Below are positions 13,038-26,026 of a DNA stretch of 64,000 nucleotides, piece by piece (the first letter of the stretch is position 1; every line of letters begins with the position of its first letter). The position numbers and the translations under genes were made by a program. Below the pieces are notes generated by a model. That model saw only the letters and a program-made list of their open reading frames with translations. It had not been told where the DNA came from and searched no databases. Source of the DNA: Squalus acanthias (taxonomy: Eukaryota); assembly GCA_030390025.1 (NCBI GenBank), contig CM059430.1, forward strand, positions 75,578,001-75,642,000, written 5' to 3'.

Positions 13038-14355
13038 GTTATTGTGTATTCTAAAACTTTTGTGACAATGAAGGCGATATTCTCTAACTTAATAGACTCA
13101 TAGAACCTTAAAGCACAGAAACAGACCATCGTGCCTGAGCCGGCTCTGTGAAAATGCTCTCCAATTAGTTCCACTGCCCTGCAAAGTTTCCCTTTTCAAG
13201 AATATATTGAATTCCCTTTTGAAAGTTACTATTGAATCTGCTTCCACCACCCTGCCAGACAGTGCATTCCAGATCACAACAAAAAATGCGAAAATTATGA
13301 TTGCAAGCACAGCAGAATATAAGAAATTTGGTTCTCTTGTGCGAGTAGATTCTACAGCAAATGTTGCAGAGATTGAACTGGCTGAAACGGAAACAAATGA
13401 AAGAGAAGGTGGATCAAATCCTGAAACATGGGGAAATTATTTTATTAATTATGTAGAAAAAAGCTCTTCTCCCCTCTGTATTTTGGCCAATAATCTTAAA
13501 TCTGTGCCTTCTTCATGCCGACCCTCCTGCCACTAGAAACAGTCTCTCCCTTACTACCCTATCAAAACCACTCATCATTTTGGACACCTCAATTACATTT
13601 CCTATTTAACCTTCTCTGCATAGATCTACAATCTATAAACATTTGAATAAACTCCATGTAAATATACAATGGGGTCCTCGGGACCCTTTGGTCATTTATG
13701 AAAACTAGATTTGGTACTAGCCCGGAGTTATACAGCATGCGTGTCGAACCCAACTGTGAGGCAGCCTTCTCCAAGGAATCTCACCCGCTTCTCGTTGACT
13801 GAGATCAGATCATAACTCTAGATTTAAATTGTAACTTTAATAGGTACGACTGGGGGCACGCTTGTCAGTAATAATGGGCCGTTATTTGCGACCCCTGCGG
13901 GTGCGTACGCTTGCGAACCGCGTGTGCCCCTGTGATACATAGGCCTCTGTCCGCGCCTACCCGGAGAGGCCCAGGGGCGCATGTCTCCAGAACTCCCGGA
14001 CCACCAGGAAAATTCGAATATTATTGGCAGGTCGCAGACATACTACCGCAAATTTTGTGCCATTGAGCAAAACGCTGCTGAGTTGTAATAAAAATATAAT
14101 TCTTTGCGTGGAATAAGCACAAGCGGCGACAGCCTGAATGTCTAGTCGCACTGAATTGTTTCTCCTGTTACTGCGACAAGGCTCTGAATCATTAGCATAT
14201 TAGTCTAGAAAGTTAAGGGAAGAATCTTATTTCGAATGGTTAAGTAACAAAATGCGAATTGGAATAATCGTATCATATTCAGGAAGACTGGACGCCAAAC
14301 GCGACTAAAATAGCAGAGTCTGGGCAATCAGTGTATTCTTTACCCTCTTCTGCAG

Positions 14356-14664
14356 CTTCCCCAGAACCTGTGAGACTGGTTCCCAAAGTGTCCAGAACCA
14401 ACTCATCTACTCTAACACTTGTGTGTGAAACGGCCGAGTTCTACCCGGAGGCTCTCACCTTCACTTGGTATAAAAATGACACCAACATTGCGACTGGGAT
14501 CAACACCATTAAAAAGCTGAATTCGGAGGGAATGTATGAAGCTTCCAGCAGATTGGAAACGACGCAGCCAGCCCAGAGCGGGGCTATATATACCTGTGTG
14601 GTGTCTCACCTCACACTGCAGAGTCCACCCGTGGCTGTTTACTTTGATTCCAGTTCTAACCCAG
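14356..14664 (+). CDS. Gene A exon 3: Ig C1-set domain (LTLVCETAEFYPEALTFTWYKN..YEASSRL..YTCVVSHLTL)
   Basis: ttctgcag acceptor, g|gtaaga donor, 309 nt phase 1-1; C1 hallmarks CxxxxFYP, W, YxCxVxH. Confidence 0.95.
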
Positions 14665-15128
14665 GTAAGATGCTGACATTTTTACAAATATTATCAGCCA
14701 CTAACCACTTTAAATTGGCTTTATTTGCTCTCAGTCCTTTTAAAGATTGTTTCCATTTGCGGATTTGTAAAGCGGATAAAAGAGGCAAACGGCTCCCATC
14801 AGAGGCAATTTGCGACACAGTCTTCTTAGCTTCAAAGATCATCATTGTCCTGTGACGAAAATCCAAAAATTACATTTTAATCCAATAACGTAAACAATTG
14901 ACGTGCCTGATTCAGTTTAAGGGGAAACAAGCATCAATTAATCTATATTTTATAAATAGAATTATATCAATGTGGACACGTTAACAGTCTCAGTCCTCAT
15001 GCCTGCTATGGAAGCACTGAAAATATAAATCGCACAACTAACATATTGTTCAACTGTCTGGTGGCAATACAGTGCCTACAATGTATTGGAATTTACTATT
15101 ACTTTTATTAGCTTTATTATGATTCTAG

Positions 15129-15245
15129 AAGTTTATGGACACACATCCCTTTACCTATTGATTGTTGGATGTACAGGGAGTGCACTGATATTTCTCGCCC
15201 TCATCACCGTCCTTGGGAGCAGTCGCCAACTCAGTGACTGTAAAG
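15129..15245 (+). CDS. Gene A exon 4: transmembrane (EVYGHTSLYLLIVGCTGSALIFLALITVLGSSRQLSDCK)
   Basis: ttctag acceptor, g|gtaag donor, 117 nt, ~22-residue uncharged hydrophobic segment. Confidence 0.88.
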
Positions 15246-15841
15246 GTAAGGAGCCACCTATGTAGCTTCACTGTGATAATTCTGTAATAAAGAGGGAACA
15301 AGATGACGGCGTGCAGATGTGTGAGCGTTAAAGGTCGTACAGAAATGAAATTCTATTGATATGTTGAACAATTGTATTTGGTTGCAGGATCTGAAATGCA
15401 GTCAACATATCTGATAAAAGAACACCGATTTTTGCATTTATTGGTGGTGTTTTCTAGTTTTGAATCAGTGATTCCCTCTGATCCCTGAAAGCATTTCAGG
15501 AACTTTACCACTAGATTGTTCAGCCAAGGGGGCAAGAGGGGAGAGTTGCGATTACTTTTTCAAAACTTTTCATGAGCTATGATCCTGAAGGTGTTTTTGG
15601 ATGAGATTTCGGAGATTCACTCGCTGATGTCTGGTCAGAGTTTAACGTTGTATTTCACTAGGCGCCCGCGGAAATGTAGAGGGGCCTCGCCATGTGGAAG
15701 AACGGGTGCGTTTCTCTCCTACATTTTTGAAAATGTTTGAACTTTAAAAAAAATGTGATCCTAAACTGTGCATATTTCAAATGTACGCATTACAAGATTA
15801 CTCCTTATATTGTTGGTAAATGTTTGTGTTCATGTCCACGG

Positions 15842-15888
15842 AGGGCCACCGTAAAAAAATCAACAAATCATCATCAGTCCCAGCCAGG
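15842..15888 (+). CDS. Gene A candidate cytoplasmic exon 5 (EGHRKKINKSSSVPAR); acceptor reads GG
   Basis: 47 nt, phase 1-0, GT donor; same phase pattern as 46098-46141. Acceptor is tccacGG rather than tccacAG. Confidence 0.45.
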
Positions 15889-16044
15889 GTAAAACATTCC
15901 CAGCCAAGTACAGCACTGGGTGCACGCCGGCCGACGACACTGTCCGATGAACCCCCCATCCCAGGTCTAGTGCAGCAGCGTTACTTTCCGCTAGGTTGCG
16001 CTAGTTTTTTTCAGCGCAATTCGCCCGAAAGCAGCCAAGCCACT

Positions 16045-17892
16045 GCAAAAATTCGGGGGCTTTACTCCACCCGTTAGAGTCAAAAAACCACGAGGAGGTC
16101 AGCAGCCGCTCTTTCGTCAGCAGGTGTTGGGCCCCGCAGCGCTGCCGGTAAGATGCATCGCCCTCCAATTTAAAATGAGGAAGCGGTGATGTCAGTCTGC
16201 ATGCAACGCCGAGTTAACGTTACCACCGCGAATTTGGACAGTTTCACTGAGTTCGGTGTTGGGTCCTAAGCTCGGCATGTAAACCCAGCTTGCAAGCAGA
16301 CTCACAGAGGCGCTGTCAGTGCCTCTTAAATGGACACACCCATCTTTCAGGTAAGTTTGCATTTAAGCTTTTGGACTGGATTTTTTGATTTTACTGTAGA
16401 AGTGGTTTGCTGCAATAAATGTTAAAAGATTGTTTAAGTGTGTACGGAGTGCAGACGGAAGGATGCATCCCAGGCAAACGATTTCTGACTCGGATCATCT
16501 GCTGGCGGTCCCAGTGACCACAGCCGCAATTCCTGTTTCAACATTAGTCCCACACCTTACCTTCCCTCTGTTAATGACCATCACAGCGCCTGCTTGGTCA
16601 CAATGCTGAAATAAAAGCCACCAGAATGCAAACCTTCCAATCCAACTTTATACATCTATCCATCCAATATGGCATCAAGAAATCAACTCATCACCCTTAT
16701 GCATCCCCTTAGTGACTGCCTTGTTTGTGCCTTTGCTCATCCTACTGAAGTCACGCAGAGCTACCTCAGTGGTTGTAGCATGACTGGTGGAAGAGAGGGA
16801 CACTGCAAATGGCCTTGCTGGTCCGCCTTCAGGAGGTGGTGTCTGGCAGTGTGAAATCAAGTGATGTTGTTTCTTCTTGTTCTTCTTCATTCTCATGTCC
16901 CTCATCTTGGCCAACCACTGGCTGGGAAGGCTGCATTTCTTGTGTGTGTGAAATGAGGAAGGCACAAGGGTGGAGTTGTTGTGAGGGGAGCGCGGGAAAG
17001 CAAGAGGTGCATGCCAGAAGGAGGATAACGTATGAATATACCAGCACCTTGTATCCTATCAGCCCCACGGCTAGCCAAAAGTCCCTGCTAACAACGGCCT
17101 GCACTGGTTCCTCCAACGGGCTGAGGTGTGGCTAGGAATGGGAGATGTGTCTCATGTTTTGTACGGATTGTTGGTAGGTGAGTGATGGAGGAGGGCGGAT
17201 TCATGCTTTCAGCCGTGTGTGAGGCTAGTGCTGCAGTTGGTAGGAGACGGCTTTTGAAGATGCATTCACTGACCTTGGCCAGTGGTCTGTGGTCCTGCAG
17301 CTTCTTTGGGCATTGTGGACAGATGGTGGGGCGACACTGCTGGCAGTGAACACCTCGGTGAAGTGCTCCCATTTGTGGAGTGCCTCCTAGCCCCTGTTGG
17401 TAGAGGACCTCTCATGTAGTGTTGACACCCTGCACAAAGGTGAGTGCTGCATATGAGACGCTGGGAGCCCCTTCCCTGGCTTGCTGAGCCACTTCTCTTA
17501 ATGCTGAATCACTTTTCCCATTTTTTGAGCTGCAGAAGGGAATTCAGCTTTAAGTGCGGAAGACTTCCATTTGGAATTGCTTTTAAATGTTCTGTTTTTT
17601 GAAAAAGCCAGGAAGAGCTGCAAACTGCATTTTTTCACTTCATTTTAATTTTCATTAGTTTATTTAATATATTGCCCTTTTAATTTCCCACAGTTCCTAG
17701 CGAACTCTGTAGCCTCACTTCCAGAGGCTGTTGGAAGCCAGAACGCTGCACTACCGCCACCAGGAGGGCGTTACACGGTAAAAAAACCCAAGCGCGAAAT
17801 TCCCCCTGGTAGCGCTTCGACCATTTTCAGAGGCCATTAATCCGAGTTGCCGGTCACACCGCTAACTCTCGTGGCGGCCACGAATTTTCCTC
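16045..17892 (-). mobile_element. Non-autonomous Harbinger element with degraded Myb/SANT-like partner-gene remnant
   Basis: Homologous to 44662-45686 in both ends and the internal AQQAREGAPSVS-type segment. Confidence 0.65.
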
Positions 17893-18529
17893 GAGGAATA
17901 TTAAGCACACATTAAGTTCAGCGCAATTCCAGATTTAGCCAATTTTACACTAGCTTAAAAAACACCACAATAGAATCTGCTCCCACCAACAAAACTGGCC
18001 AACCCCTCCCCCCAGATCATTGCGAGCTTCCTCTACTTGCGCCCATTTTAGGGTCTTGGAGGTGGCTCTTAAAATTAGCTTTCTTTTAGGCACAGGGCAC
18101 ATTTTAAAAGCTTTCAAAATTATATATTTTTTAATTTATTACGAAACTGACGACTGTATAACAATGTAACTAGTAAATGGTTCTGCAAAGTTTTTAAAGT
18201 TATTATCAGTCATTTAAAAGCGGGTTACTAACATTTGGTGGACTAGACAATCGGAATAAAAATGCTTATATTTTCTGATAAACACATTGTCAGCTGTATT
18301 ATTAAAGCTGCAACAGGTTACCAGTCTCAAATATATAAATATTAATGCAATTTAAAAAAATTCTAAACCGCTGCCTGTTTTCACTGGTACATGACAGATT
18401 TTAAGTTCGGTGATATGCAAATTATTTGGAGCAGAAACTTGACGAAACAACTCTTCTCAAAACTAACGCATTTATAAGTGAATTTGCGTCCGGTTCATCG
18501 ATAGCGACCAAAGTGGAACCTCTAGAATA

Positions 18530-19000
18530 ACGATCCCTCTACACCAGCCCATCAAATACCTGCAGGGTAGTGCAGTGTGGATAGGAACTCTATAATAAAG
18601 ATCCCTCTACACTGTCACATCAATTACATCCAGGGCAGGAATAGCACGGGGTTAGATACAGAGTAAACCTCCCTATACACTGCCCCATCAGCCACTCCCA
18701 GGGCAGACACAGCACAGGTTAGATACAGAATTTAGCACACTCTACACTGTACCATCAAACACTCCAAGGGCAGGTACAGAACAGGTTAGATACAGAGTAA
18801 AGCTCCCTCACACTGCCCCATCAAACACTCCCAGAGCAGGTACAGAACGGGTTAGATACAGAGTAATGCTCCATCTACACTGCCCCATCAAACACTCCCA
18901 GGGCAGGTACAGCACGGAGTTAGATACAGAGTAAAGCTCCCTCTACACTGTCCCATCAAACACTCCCAGGGCAGGTTCAGCACGGGTTAGATACAGAGTA
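18530..19000. repeat. ~67-bp minisatellite, ~7 copies
   Basis: gttagatacaga recurs at 18651, 18718, 18785, 18851, 18919 and 18986. Confidence 0.95.
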
Positions 19001-19306
19001 TAGCACAATGCAGTTGCTCACTGAGTGCAGAGGAGATTATACTGCTTTTCAGTGTCTAGGATGTATTTGAATTCGAAGGATTGTAATGGTTTTTTATTAC
19101 GCATCACGGTGAATTGTAAGACGCTCTGAACAACCAGAAAAATTGTGCAATTTCAATAATGATATACTGATAGTGATATATTCATTATTCGACTGACATA
19201 TTCGTGATTCTTCAATTTAGCACCAGCCGATCGCACTCTGTTTCATCCAGCGCTCTGCTGACTAATTAAGGTCTTGAGCTAACTGGAAATCGCTTCGATT
19301 TTACAG

Positions 19307-19351
19307 ACCACGGAAGGGACGGTAGAAAATAGACTGCTGCAGATGGCATAA
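19307..19351 (+). CDS. Gene A candidate terminal exon (TTEGTVENRLLQMA*)
   Basis: ttttacag acceptor, phase 0 matching exon 5; AATAAA at 19892. The six-exon model gives ~291 aa. Confidence 0.45.
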   Translation, partial: TTEGTVENRLLQMA

Positions 19352-21183
19352 TCAAAGACAGAAACCTAAAGAGAACGAAAAGTATAAGCAGAGGAACAGG
19401 CGAAACAATAAGGAAAGAATCTTTGCTTATCCAACAGAAGAGCGAAATGATGCAACTGGTGGATATAACATTTCATTGGACCGTGCTGGCCTTATCTATT
19501 AGTGTTAAATATGTAAAAATTAAAGGCCAACCCGATAGTTTTGCGACACTTAAATTAAAACAGAAAATAGTAGAAAACCACAATACGATCTGACATCACT
19601 GCTCCGATGAGGCGTTCCATCCGAGCTTCCTCTTTCAGATGCTGATCTTTATGCTGTTTATTTTTCATAATTCTATTGTTTCCGGTGTTTTTACATCAAA
19701 ATTATGACGAGCTTTCATGACTCCCTTGTCCAGGGAGACAACTATTAAAATGTAAAATGTAATCATAGCAAACGGTACCGAATTATTTTAGCGATCTCCA
19801 CTCAATGTCAAAGTTGGTGTCCTATTCATTGTTAGTAATATTTAATTTATTCTGTCATGAATTAATTCTTTAATATATTTCGCGCTCCCAAAATAAAGCT
19901 TTTGTTTTTCAAGTTAGGCACATAAGTGCTGGGTAATGAAAATAATTTGTCTATTTATTCCACCCATATTAGATTCATGCCTTATCGATGGGGGAGTCGA
20001 ACACCCTCTCTTTCATCTCAAAATATGCCTCACAAATCACCAGGCACAAGTATGAAATTGACATATCCTATACCGATCATACTTGCGCCTTTTCATCGCG
20101 TTTACCAATTCAGTAATGGCCTCAATTTGCGGTCAGCGGTGACAGAACAGCGCTCACTATTCATTACCGTTACAGTTGCGCACAGACGTTTCTTGGGCTT
20201 TTGATCGGCAATTTATGGTTGCTGAAGATCATTTTCAGCGCCGCGCCCTCTACAGGGGATCTGTTGCATGTGCGAACAGTACAATTAACATTGCGTCTCT
20301 TCAACCAATCAGATTGAAGACTCCTCGCCGGTGGGTGCAGGACGCTCTCAGCTCTGCTCAGCTGCATGCAGACGCTGAGCCTCGGGGGCCTCCAGAAAGA
20401 GAGCGATCCTGGAGGTGCAGCAAGAAGTGCAGGAGGCTTTGACAAGTTTTGTGACCGCAATTTCTGCAAATGTGCAGAGAATGGAGGAGTCCATCTCCAA
20501 CATGAGCACTACTGTGTCGCAGGTGATGGTGACTATGCTCTTCGATGGAAAAGATGGTCACCTGCAGGGAGCTGCTAATGTGTCACTCATATGTGCACAT
20601 AGGATCTATGGAGAATAGATGGCTAGCTATGGAGAATAGATAGCAGACGCTCATAGACCTCATCACTAGGAGGGTTGTAAATGTTGGCATGCATCCTCAT
20701 GGCCCCATTATTGTGCAGCAAGTTGCTCTCCACTTCCTTGCTAGCAGGCAAGTGCGGGAGGCCAATGAGAGGGATGGCGGTGAGAGGGGACATGGAAGTG
20801 GGGGCTCCTCTCAAAGCACTCACACTTCTCCCCGGTTGCCTTCCATCAGTAAGAGCCCCACTTGCATTCTGGAATCTCAATGGCCGAATTTGCCCCTGCA
20901 CAGTGCCAGGAGCAGCAGACATTGGCAGGGCCATCACAGGCTTCAAGACCCAGAGGACGTCTGCCGAAAGTGCCTATGCAGTGAGAATGCTGCATCTCCC
21001 TATGCTGAAGCCAGAAGGTTATCACCTCGTAGAGACAGGCATTAGAGAAAGGTGAAACACAAGTAGATGCACAAGGGTCAGCACTTGGGTGTTTTATGAC
21101 AAATCTTGTGGAAATGTGTATTTCATTATATCTGTCGTCAGCCTCAGTACATGGCCTCCTCAAGGGTTTCATGGGCCACGTCT

Positions 21184-21774
21184 TCAGTGGATATCCCTTG
21201 GCTGAGGTGCGAATAGCTGAGGGAGGTTGGACTGGTGCAGGACGAAAGAAACTTGGCAACTGCCAGGGAATTTGGCGCACACATGCATGATGATCTTCCG
21301 ATGGTTGCAGACCAGCTGCACATTGAGGGAGTGGAAGCCCTTCCGGTTGATAAAGACTACTGGGAGATGATGGGGTCCCCTAATGGACACATGCGTGCAG
21401 TCAATAACGCCCTGCACCCGTGGGAAGCCAGCCAGAGCGACAAAGGCAAACGCCTGCTCATCAAAAATGGCTTCATCAGAGGCAAAGTTGATATAATTGG
21501 CAGACTTGTCAAACAGGGCATCGGTGACCTGTGTGATGCATCTGTGGGCGGCCGACTGCAAGATGCCACAAATGTATGCTGCAGATCCCTGGAAGGAGCC
21601 TGAAGTGAAGAAGCTGAGGATGCTGGTGACATTGACAGCCACAGGTAAGGCATGTCCACCCGCTCCTCTGGGCTGCAGGTCTTGCTCCAGCACTGTGCAA
21701 ATGTCTGAGACGACCTGGCGCGATAGCCTGAGCCTCCTTTGGCACTGTTGCTCAGTCATGTTGAGGAAGCTCAT
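21184..21774 (-). pseudogene. Harbinger (HARBI1-like) DDE transposase fragment
   Basis: [36 protein letters not shown] and KFPGS motifs; truncated. Confidence 0.9.
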
Positions 21775-22387
21775 CCTCTGACTGTATACCCTGTGTTGGG
21801 GATTTTGTCTCCAGCGCAGTGCAGCCCTGCGCTGATGCCCTCTGTCCTGTGGAGCATCAGGTGGTTGAGGAGAAGGTTGTTGGTGTTGTTGTCAGTACTG
21901 CTGGTGTGCCTGGTGCTGCTGGTGTTGGGGCTCATCGTGGTCCGATTCTGAGACCAAGGTGAGACACTATGAATGACAGTATGCTGATTTAGTAGATGGC
22001 ATCTCAAGTAGAGATGAAAGAAGCAATCTGCCAATGGTGTGATAGGTTTTGCCAATGAGGAGACTGTGAATCTCGACTTTGCTGAAAACACTTGCAACCT
22101 GTAGAAAGCTAAATCTGTGATGACAATGCACTTAGCAACAGCACCTGCCTTAGGAAAGTAACCAGTTGTCAGGTGGGAGTACTAATCGTGCTTTCCATGC
22201 TGTGCACTAATGAGTTCCTTCAATGGCCACTGAACTTCCGCCTTAGCTTCACAGACGTGGTTCCCGAGCTGCGTGGTTCCACTGGTCATCCAGTGAAATT
22301 GGGAAGGTAGCTTAAAAAGACGCTTAAGGGTCTGATATGTAACTAATAATTATGTAAATTAGATCGGCCACCTCTGCCGTTCAGGTG

Positions 22388-23350
22388 CAAAAGCAAAATA
22401 CTGCGGATGCTGGAAATCTGAAATAAAAACAGAAAATGCTGGAAATAGTCAGCAGGTCGGGCAGCATCTGTGGAACGAGAAACATAGTTACCGTTTCAGG
22501 TTGATGACCCATCGTCAGAACTGGAAAAAACTGTAGATGGAACAGGTTTTTAAGCTAGTGCAGGGGCAGGGAAAGGGAGGTGGGGAGGAAAGGACAAAAG
22601 GGAAGATCTGTGATAGGATGGAAGGCAGCAAAGATTAAGAGACATTGAGAGAGATTAAGAGATGGTGCAAGGCAAAAGGAGATGGTAATGGGACAAGTTA
22701 AGAAACAAAAGATGGCTCTAGATGAAGTGTAAATGGCACTGGTAGAATGAAAGACAGCTGCCACGTGGGAGAGAGAAAAAAATGGGAAAAATGGATAGGG
22801 GCAGAGGTTATGATCTGAAATTGTTGAAATCTCCGTTGACTCCAGAAGGTTGTTAAGTGCCTAATCAAAAGATGAGGTGCTGTTCATCGAGCTTACATTG
22901 AGCTTCATTGGAACATTGTAAGAGGCCGCGACGGTGAGGTCTGAGTGGGAGCGGAGCAAAAAATTAAAGTGTCAGGCCACCAGAAGCTCGGTGTCACCCT
23001 TACAGACTGAACGGAGGGGTTCTGCAAAGTGATCACCCAATCTGCGTTTGGTCTCCCCAATCTAGAGGAGACCGCATCGTGAGTAGCGAGTAAAGTATAC
23101 TAAATTGCAAGAATACAAGTAATTCGCTGTTTCACCTGGAAGGAGTGCTTGGGGCCCTGGACAGTGGGAAGTATGGAGGTAAAAGGGCATGTGTTGTATC
23201 TTCTGCACTTGCACAGGAAGATGACAGGCAAAGTGGTAGGGGTGTTGGGGTTGATAGAGTAGTTGACCAGGGTGTCGCGGAAGGAGCGGTCCCTTCAGAA
23301 TACTGAAAGGGGAGCTGAGGGGAAGATGTGTTTGGTGGTGGGATGCTGGC
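22388..23350 (-). mobile_element. Penelope-like element 3' part with GIY-YIG endonuclease remnant
   Basis: NLVYFTRYSRCGLL*IGETKRRLGDHFAE on the - strand, plus the terminal aaaatgctggaaat..cagcaggtc segment. Confidence 0.8.
22486..22522 (-). ncRNA. Degenerate minimal hammerhead-ribozyme motif of the Penelope element
   Basis: The - strand reads agtt CTGACGA tgggtcatcaacct GAAAC ggt aact; stems II/III carry mismatches. Confidence 0.45.
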
Positions 23351-23439
23351 TGGTTCCCGACCCGCTCCAAATTAATTTTACTTTCACTTCCGACCCGCCT
23401 CCATCCCACCCGCATGGACGCCAGAAAATTCCGGCCACA

Positions 23440-23960
23440 GATTCTCAACTGGGGAATATAAGCTTGAGGAGGACATAAGTGAGACAAAGCTCAAAGTTAT
23501 AAATCGAAAACAAACTGATTTTAAGAGGATGAGGATGGAACTAGGGAAAATAATTGGAAAAAGTGACTGACAAAGAGTCAGAACAGCAGTGGGAAATATT
23601 TAAATTACAGATCAATAGAGTCCAGGGGAAATATATCCAACTAAAAAGCGAGAACAAACTGAGCAGTAATGACACACCATGGATGAATAAAGAAATAAGA
23701 GCAAAGTGAAACTGAAGAAAAAGGCAAACACTAATTACATAGAAAACAAAGGAGAAAGATGACAACAGGGAATACGAGAAGGTTAGAAAAGCAGTCAAAA
23801 AAAACAATTAGGAAGCCAAAGAGAAACTACGAAATTAAATTATCAAGGAATATAAAAATAGTAAAGTATTCTACAGACACATAAATAACAAAAGAAAAAC
23901 CAGGATTGGGATAGAGCCACTGAGGAATACACACGATAAAGTCACAAGTATACAGCGAGA
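23440..23960 (+). mobile_element. CR1 ORF2 internal fragment
   Basis: PWMNKEIR..KRNYEIKLSRNIK..KVFYRHINNKRK-type region between EN and RT, with stops. Confidence 0.65.
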
Positions 23961-25094
23961 TGATTTGTAATCTTGTGGGTGTTTGGAAACATTTGTTGAC
24001 GTACCTTTATATTTAATTTAAAATTCAATATGTGTTATATTGTTGAGATATTCACTCCTTCCGTTATTGGGTCTCTATTGAAGTAATTGACGATATTTAA
24101 CCTGCATTTACAGACTGAATGTCTGATAACGTTATTAATTTATCAATCCTGGATTTCTGAGGATGGCCACCACAGACAGTTAGTTAAGTAAATTACTTCA
24201 AGACTCCCGGAACGGCCGACATGGGATTGTAATGTAACATTGGGTATTTTGAATTCCTCGCCCATCACAGAGGAAGATAATTTGAGCGGCATCTGAGTGA
24301 ATAAGGAGAGACCGTTAAGTGTTACTTGTAATAAAGGTAACCAGATTTGTTATGTTAACCACTAAGAAAATAAATATATTTGATTTTTAAGAAAACCAAG
24401 TTGAAAGAGAAAGCATTAACGAAATGATGCCTTTGGAGGAGTCATTTTAATTTAATATTGGACCCCAAAATCTAGAGAGGTCTAAGGTGGTCATGCTTTG
24501 CCTCCTCTATTTTGTGTGCATGAAACAGGGCTAGGCAACATTAAGTTTCATTTTAAATGAGTTCAGCAAATTAAGTTCAGTCTTCCGCTATAGGAATATG
24601 CTGCACAATTTTACAGAAATATGAAGTGTGGTGATAATTGTAATCAATCAATTAATGATTCATGTTTGTTTCAATAGATTTGCGAATTTGGAAACGCTCT
24701 GCTTATCCAGTTATGCATTGTGCCTGCGGTGCAGTCGTTAAATGTAACATTGTTAAAAATTGGGAATGCGTTTGTGCCTTTCCTGCAGCTGCAGTTGCTT
24801 CCGCCCTCCTTCTTCCAGAGCGTGTTATGGTCACGAGCGGCGAGTAACCCCTTACTTCGATTCTTCACAGACATTAAGAATTCAAGATCAAATCTTCTTC
24901 TCGACTTGCAAATTGTTCACTTACTAATTATTCAAGTTGAATTACTGAGCGTAAAGGAACGTGGTCAGTTGAAATTTTTTGAATGAAATAAGAATGATTA
25001 ATCAATGAAGAGAAGCGAGGAGTAATGGACTTCTTCGTGCGTTAAGACGCAGGAACTGTTTTATTCAATATACCTGTAAATTTGATTAAACAAC

Positions 25095-25990
25095 TACAAC
25101 AACAACTTGTATTTATAAATCTCCTTTAACGTAGTAAAACGTCACAAAGCGCTGCACAGGAGTATTTTAAGACATAATAATTGACACCGATCAACATAAG
25201 GATACATTAGAGTAGGTGACCAAAAGCTTGGTCAAAGAGGTAGGATTTAAGGAGCGTCTTAACGGAGGAAGGAGAGGTAGCGAGGCAGACAGGTTCAGGC
25301 AGAGAATTCCAAAGCTTAGGGCCTAGGCAACAGAAGGCACGGAAACCAAATTTTGAGCGATTATAATCAGGAATGCTCAAGTGGGAAGAATTAGAGGAGC
25401 GCAGATATCTCGGGGAGTTGTGTTGCTAAAGGAGATTACAGAGATAGGAAGGGGCGATGCCATGGAGATATTTGAAAACACGGATGAGAATTTTGAAATC
25501 GAGGCATTGCTTAACCAGGAGCCAATGTAGGTCAGTGAGCACAGGGGTGATGGGCGAACGGGACTTGGTGCGAGTTAGGACAAAGGCAGCCGAGTTTTGG
25601 ATGTCCTCAAGTCTATGTCAAGTGGAATGTGGGAGGCCAGCCAGGAGTGCATTGGAATAGTCAACTCTAGAGGTAACAAAGGCATGGATTTTTGGTTTCA
25701 GCAGCGGATGAGCTGATGCAAGGGCAGAGACGGGTGATGTTACAGAGGTGGAAATAGGTGGTCTTTGTTATACTGCGGATATGTGATGGAAAGTTCATTT
25801 CAGGGTAAAATATTTCACAAAGGTTGCATACAGTGTGGTTCAGCCTCAGACAGATGTTAGGAAGAAAGATGGAGAAAGTGGCTCGGGAACGGAGCTGGTG
25901 GCGGGGACGGAAAACAATGGCACCTGTCTTCCCATTATTTAATTGGAGAATAATTTTACTCATCCAGAACTGTATGTCAGACAAGTCATC
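25095..25990 (-). mobile_element. L2 LINE 3' fragment
   Basis: SDIQFWMSKIILQLNNGKT..FHLCNITRL RT C-terminal segment; (ttg)n tail. Confidence 0.8.
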
Positions 25991-26026
25991 TGTTCTGTTG
26001 GGTGGAATTGTTATGGAGCCGATTGA

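Larger units (their letters stand above)
20118..23436 (-). mobile_element. PIF/Harbinger transposon (degraded; transposase on -, partner-gene remnant on +), interrupted by a Penelope element
   Basis: The right end gaaaattccggcc is the exact reverse complement of the Harbinger start at 56203; contains a transposase ORF. Confidence 0.8.

Noticed and set aside
11044-14664. Calling the genes Ig light chain or TCR
   Set aside because: No RSS or J segments; TM exons are present (unlike light chains) and lack the charged residues of TCR chains. No gene symbol assigned.
18530-19000. CRISPR-like array (also considered for 56836-57132)
   Set aside because: Head-to-tail repeats without unique spacers, in eukaryotic DNA with no cas genes.
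21184-21774. Domesticated HARBI1 host gene
   Set aside because: Truncated, bounded by a transposon end, with a second degraded copy in the window.
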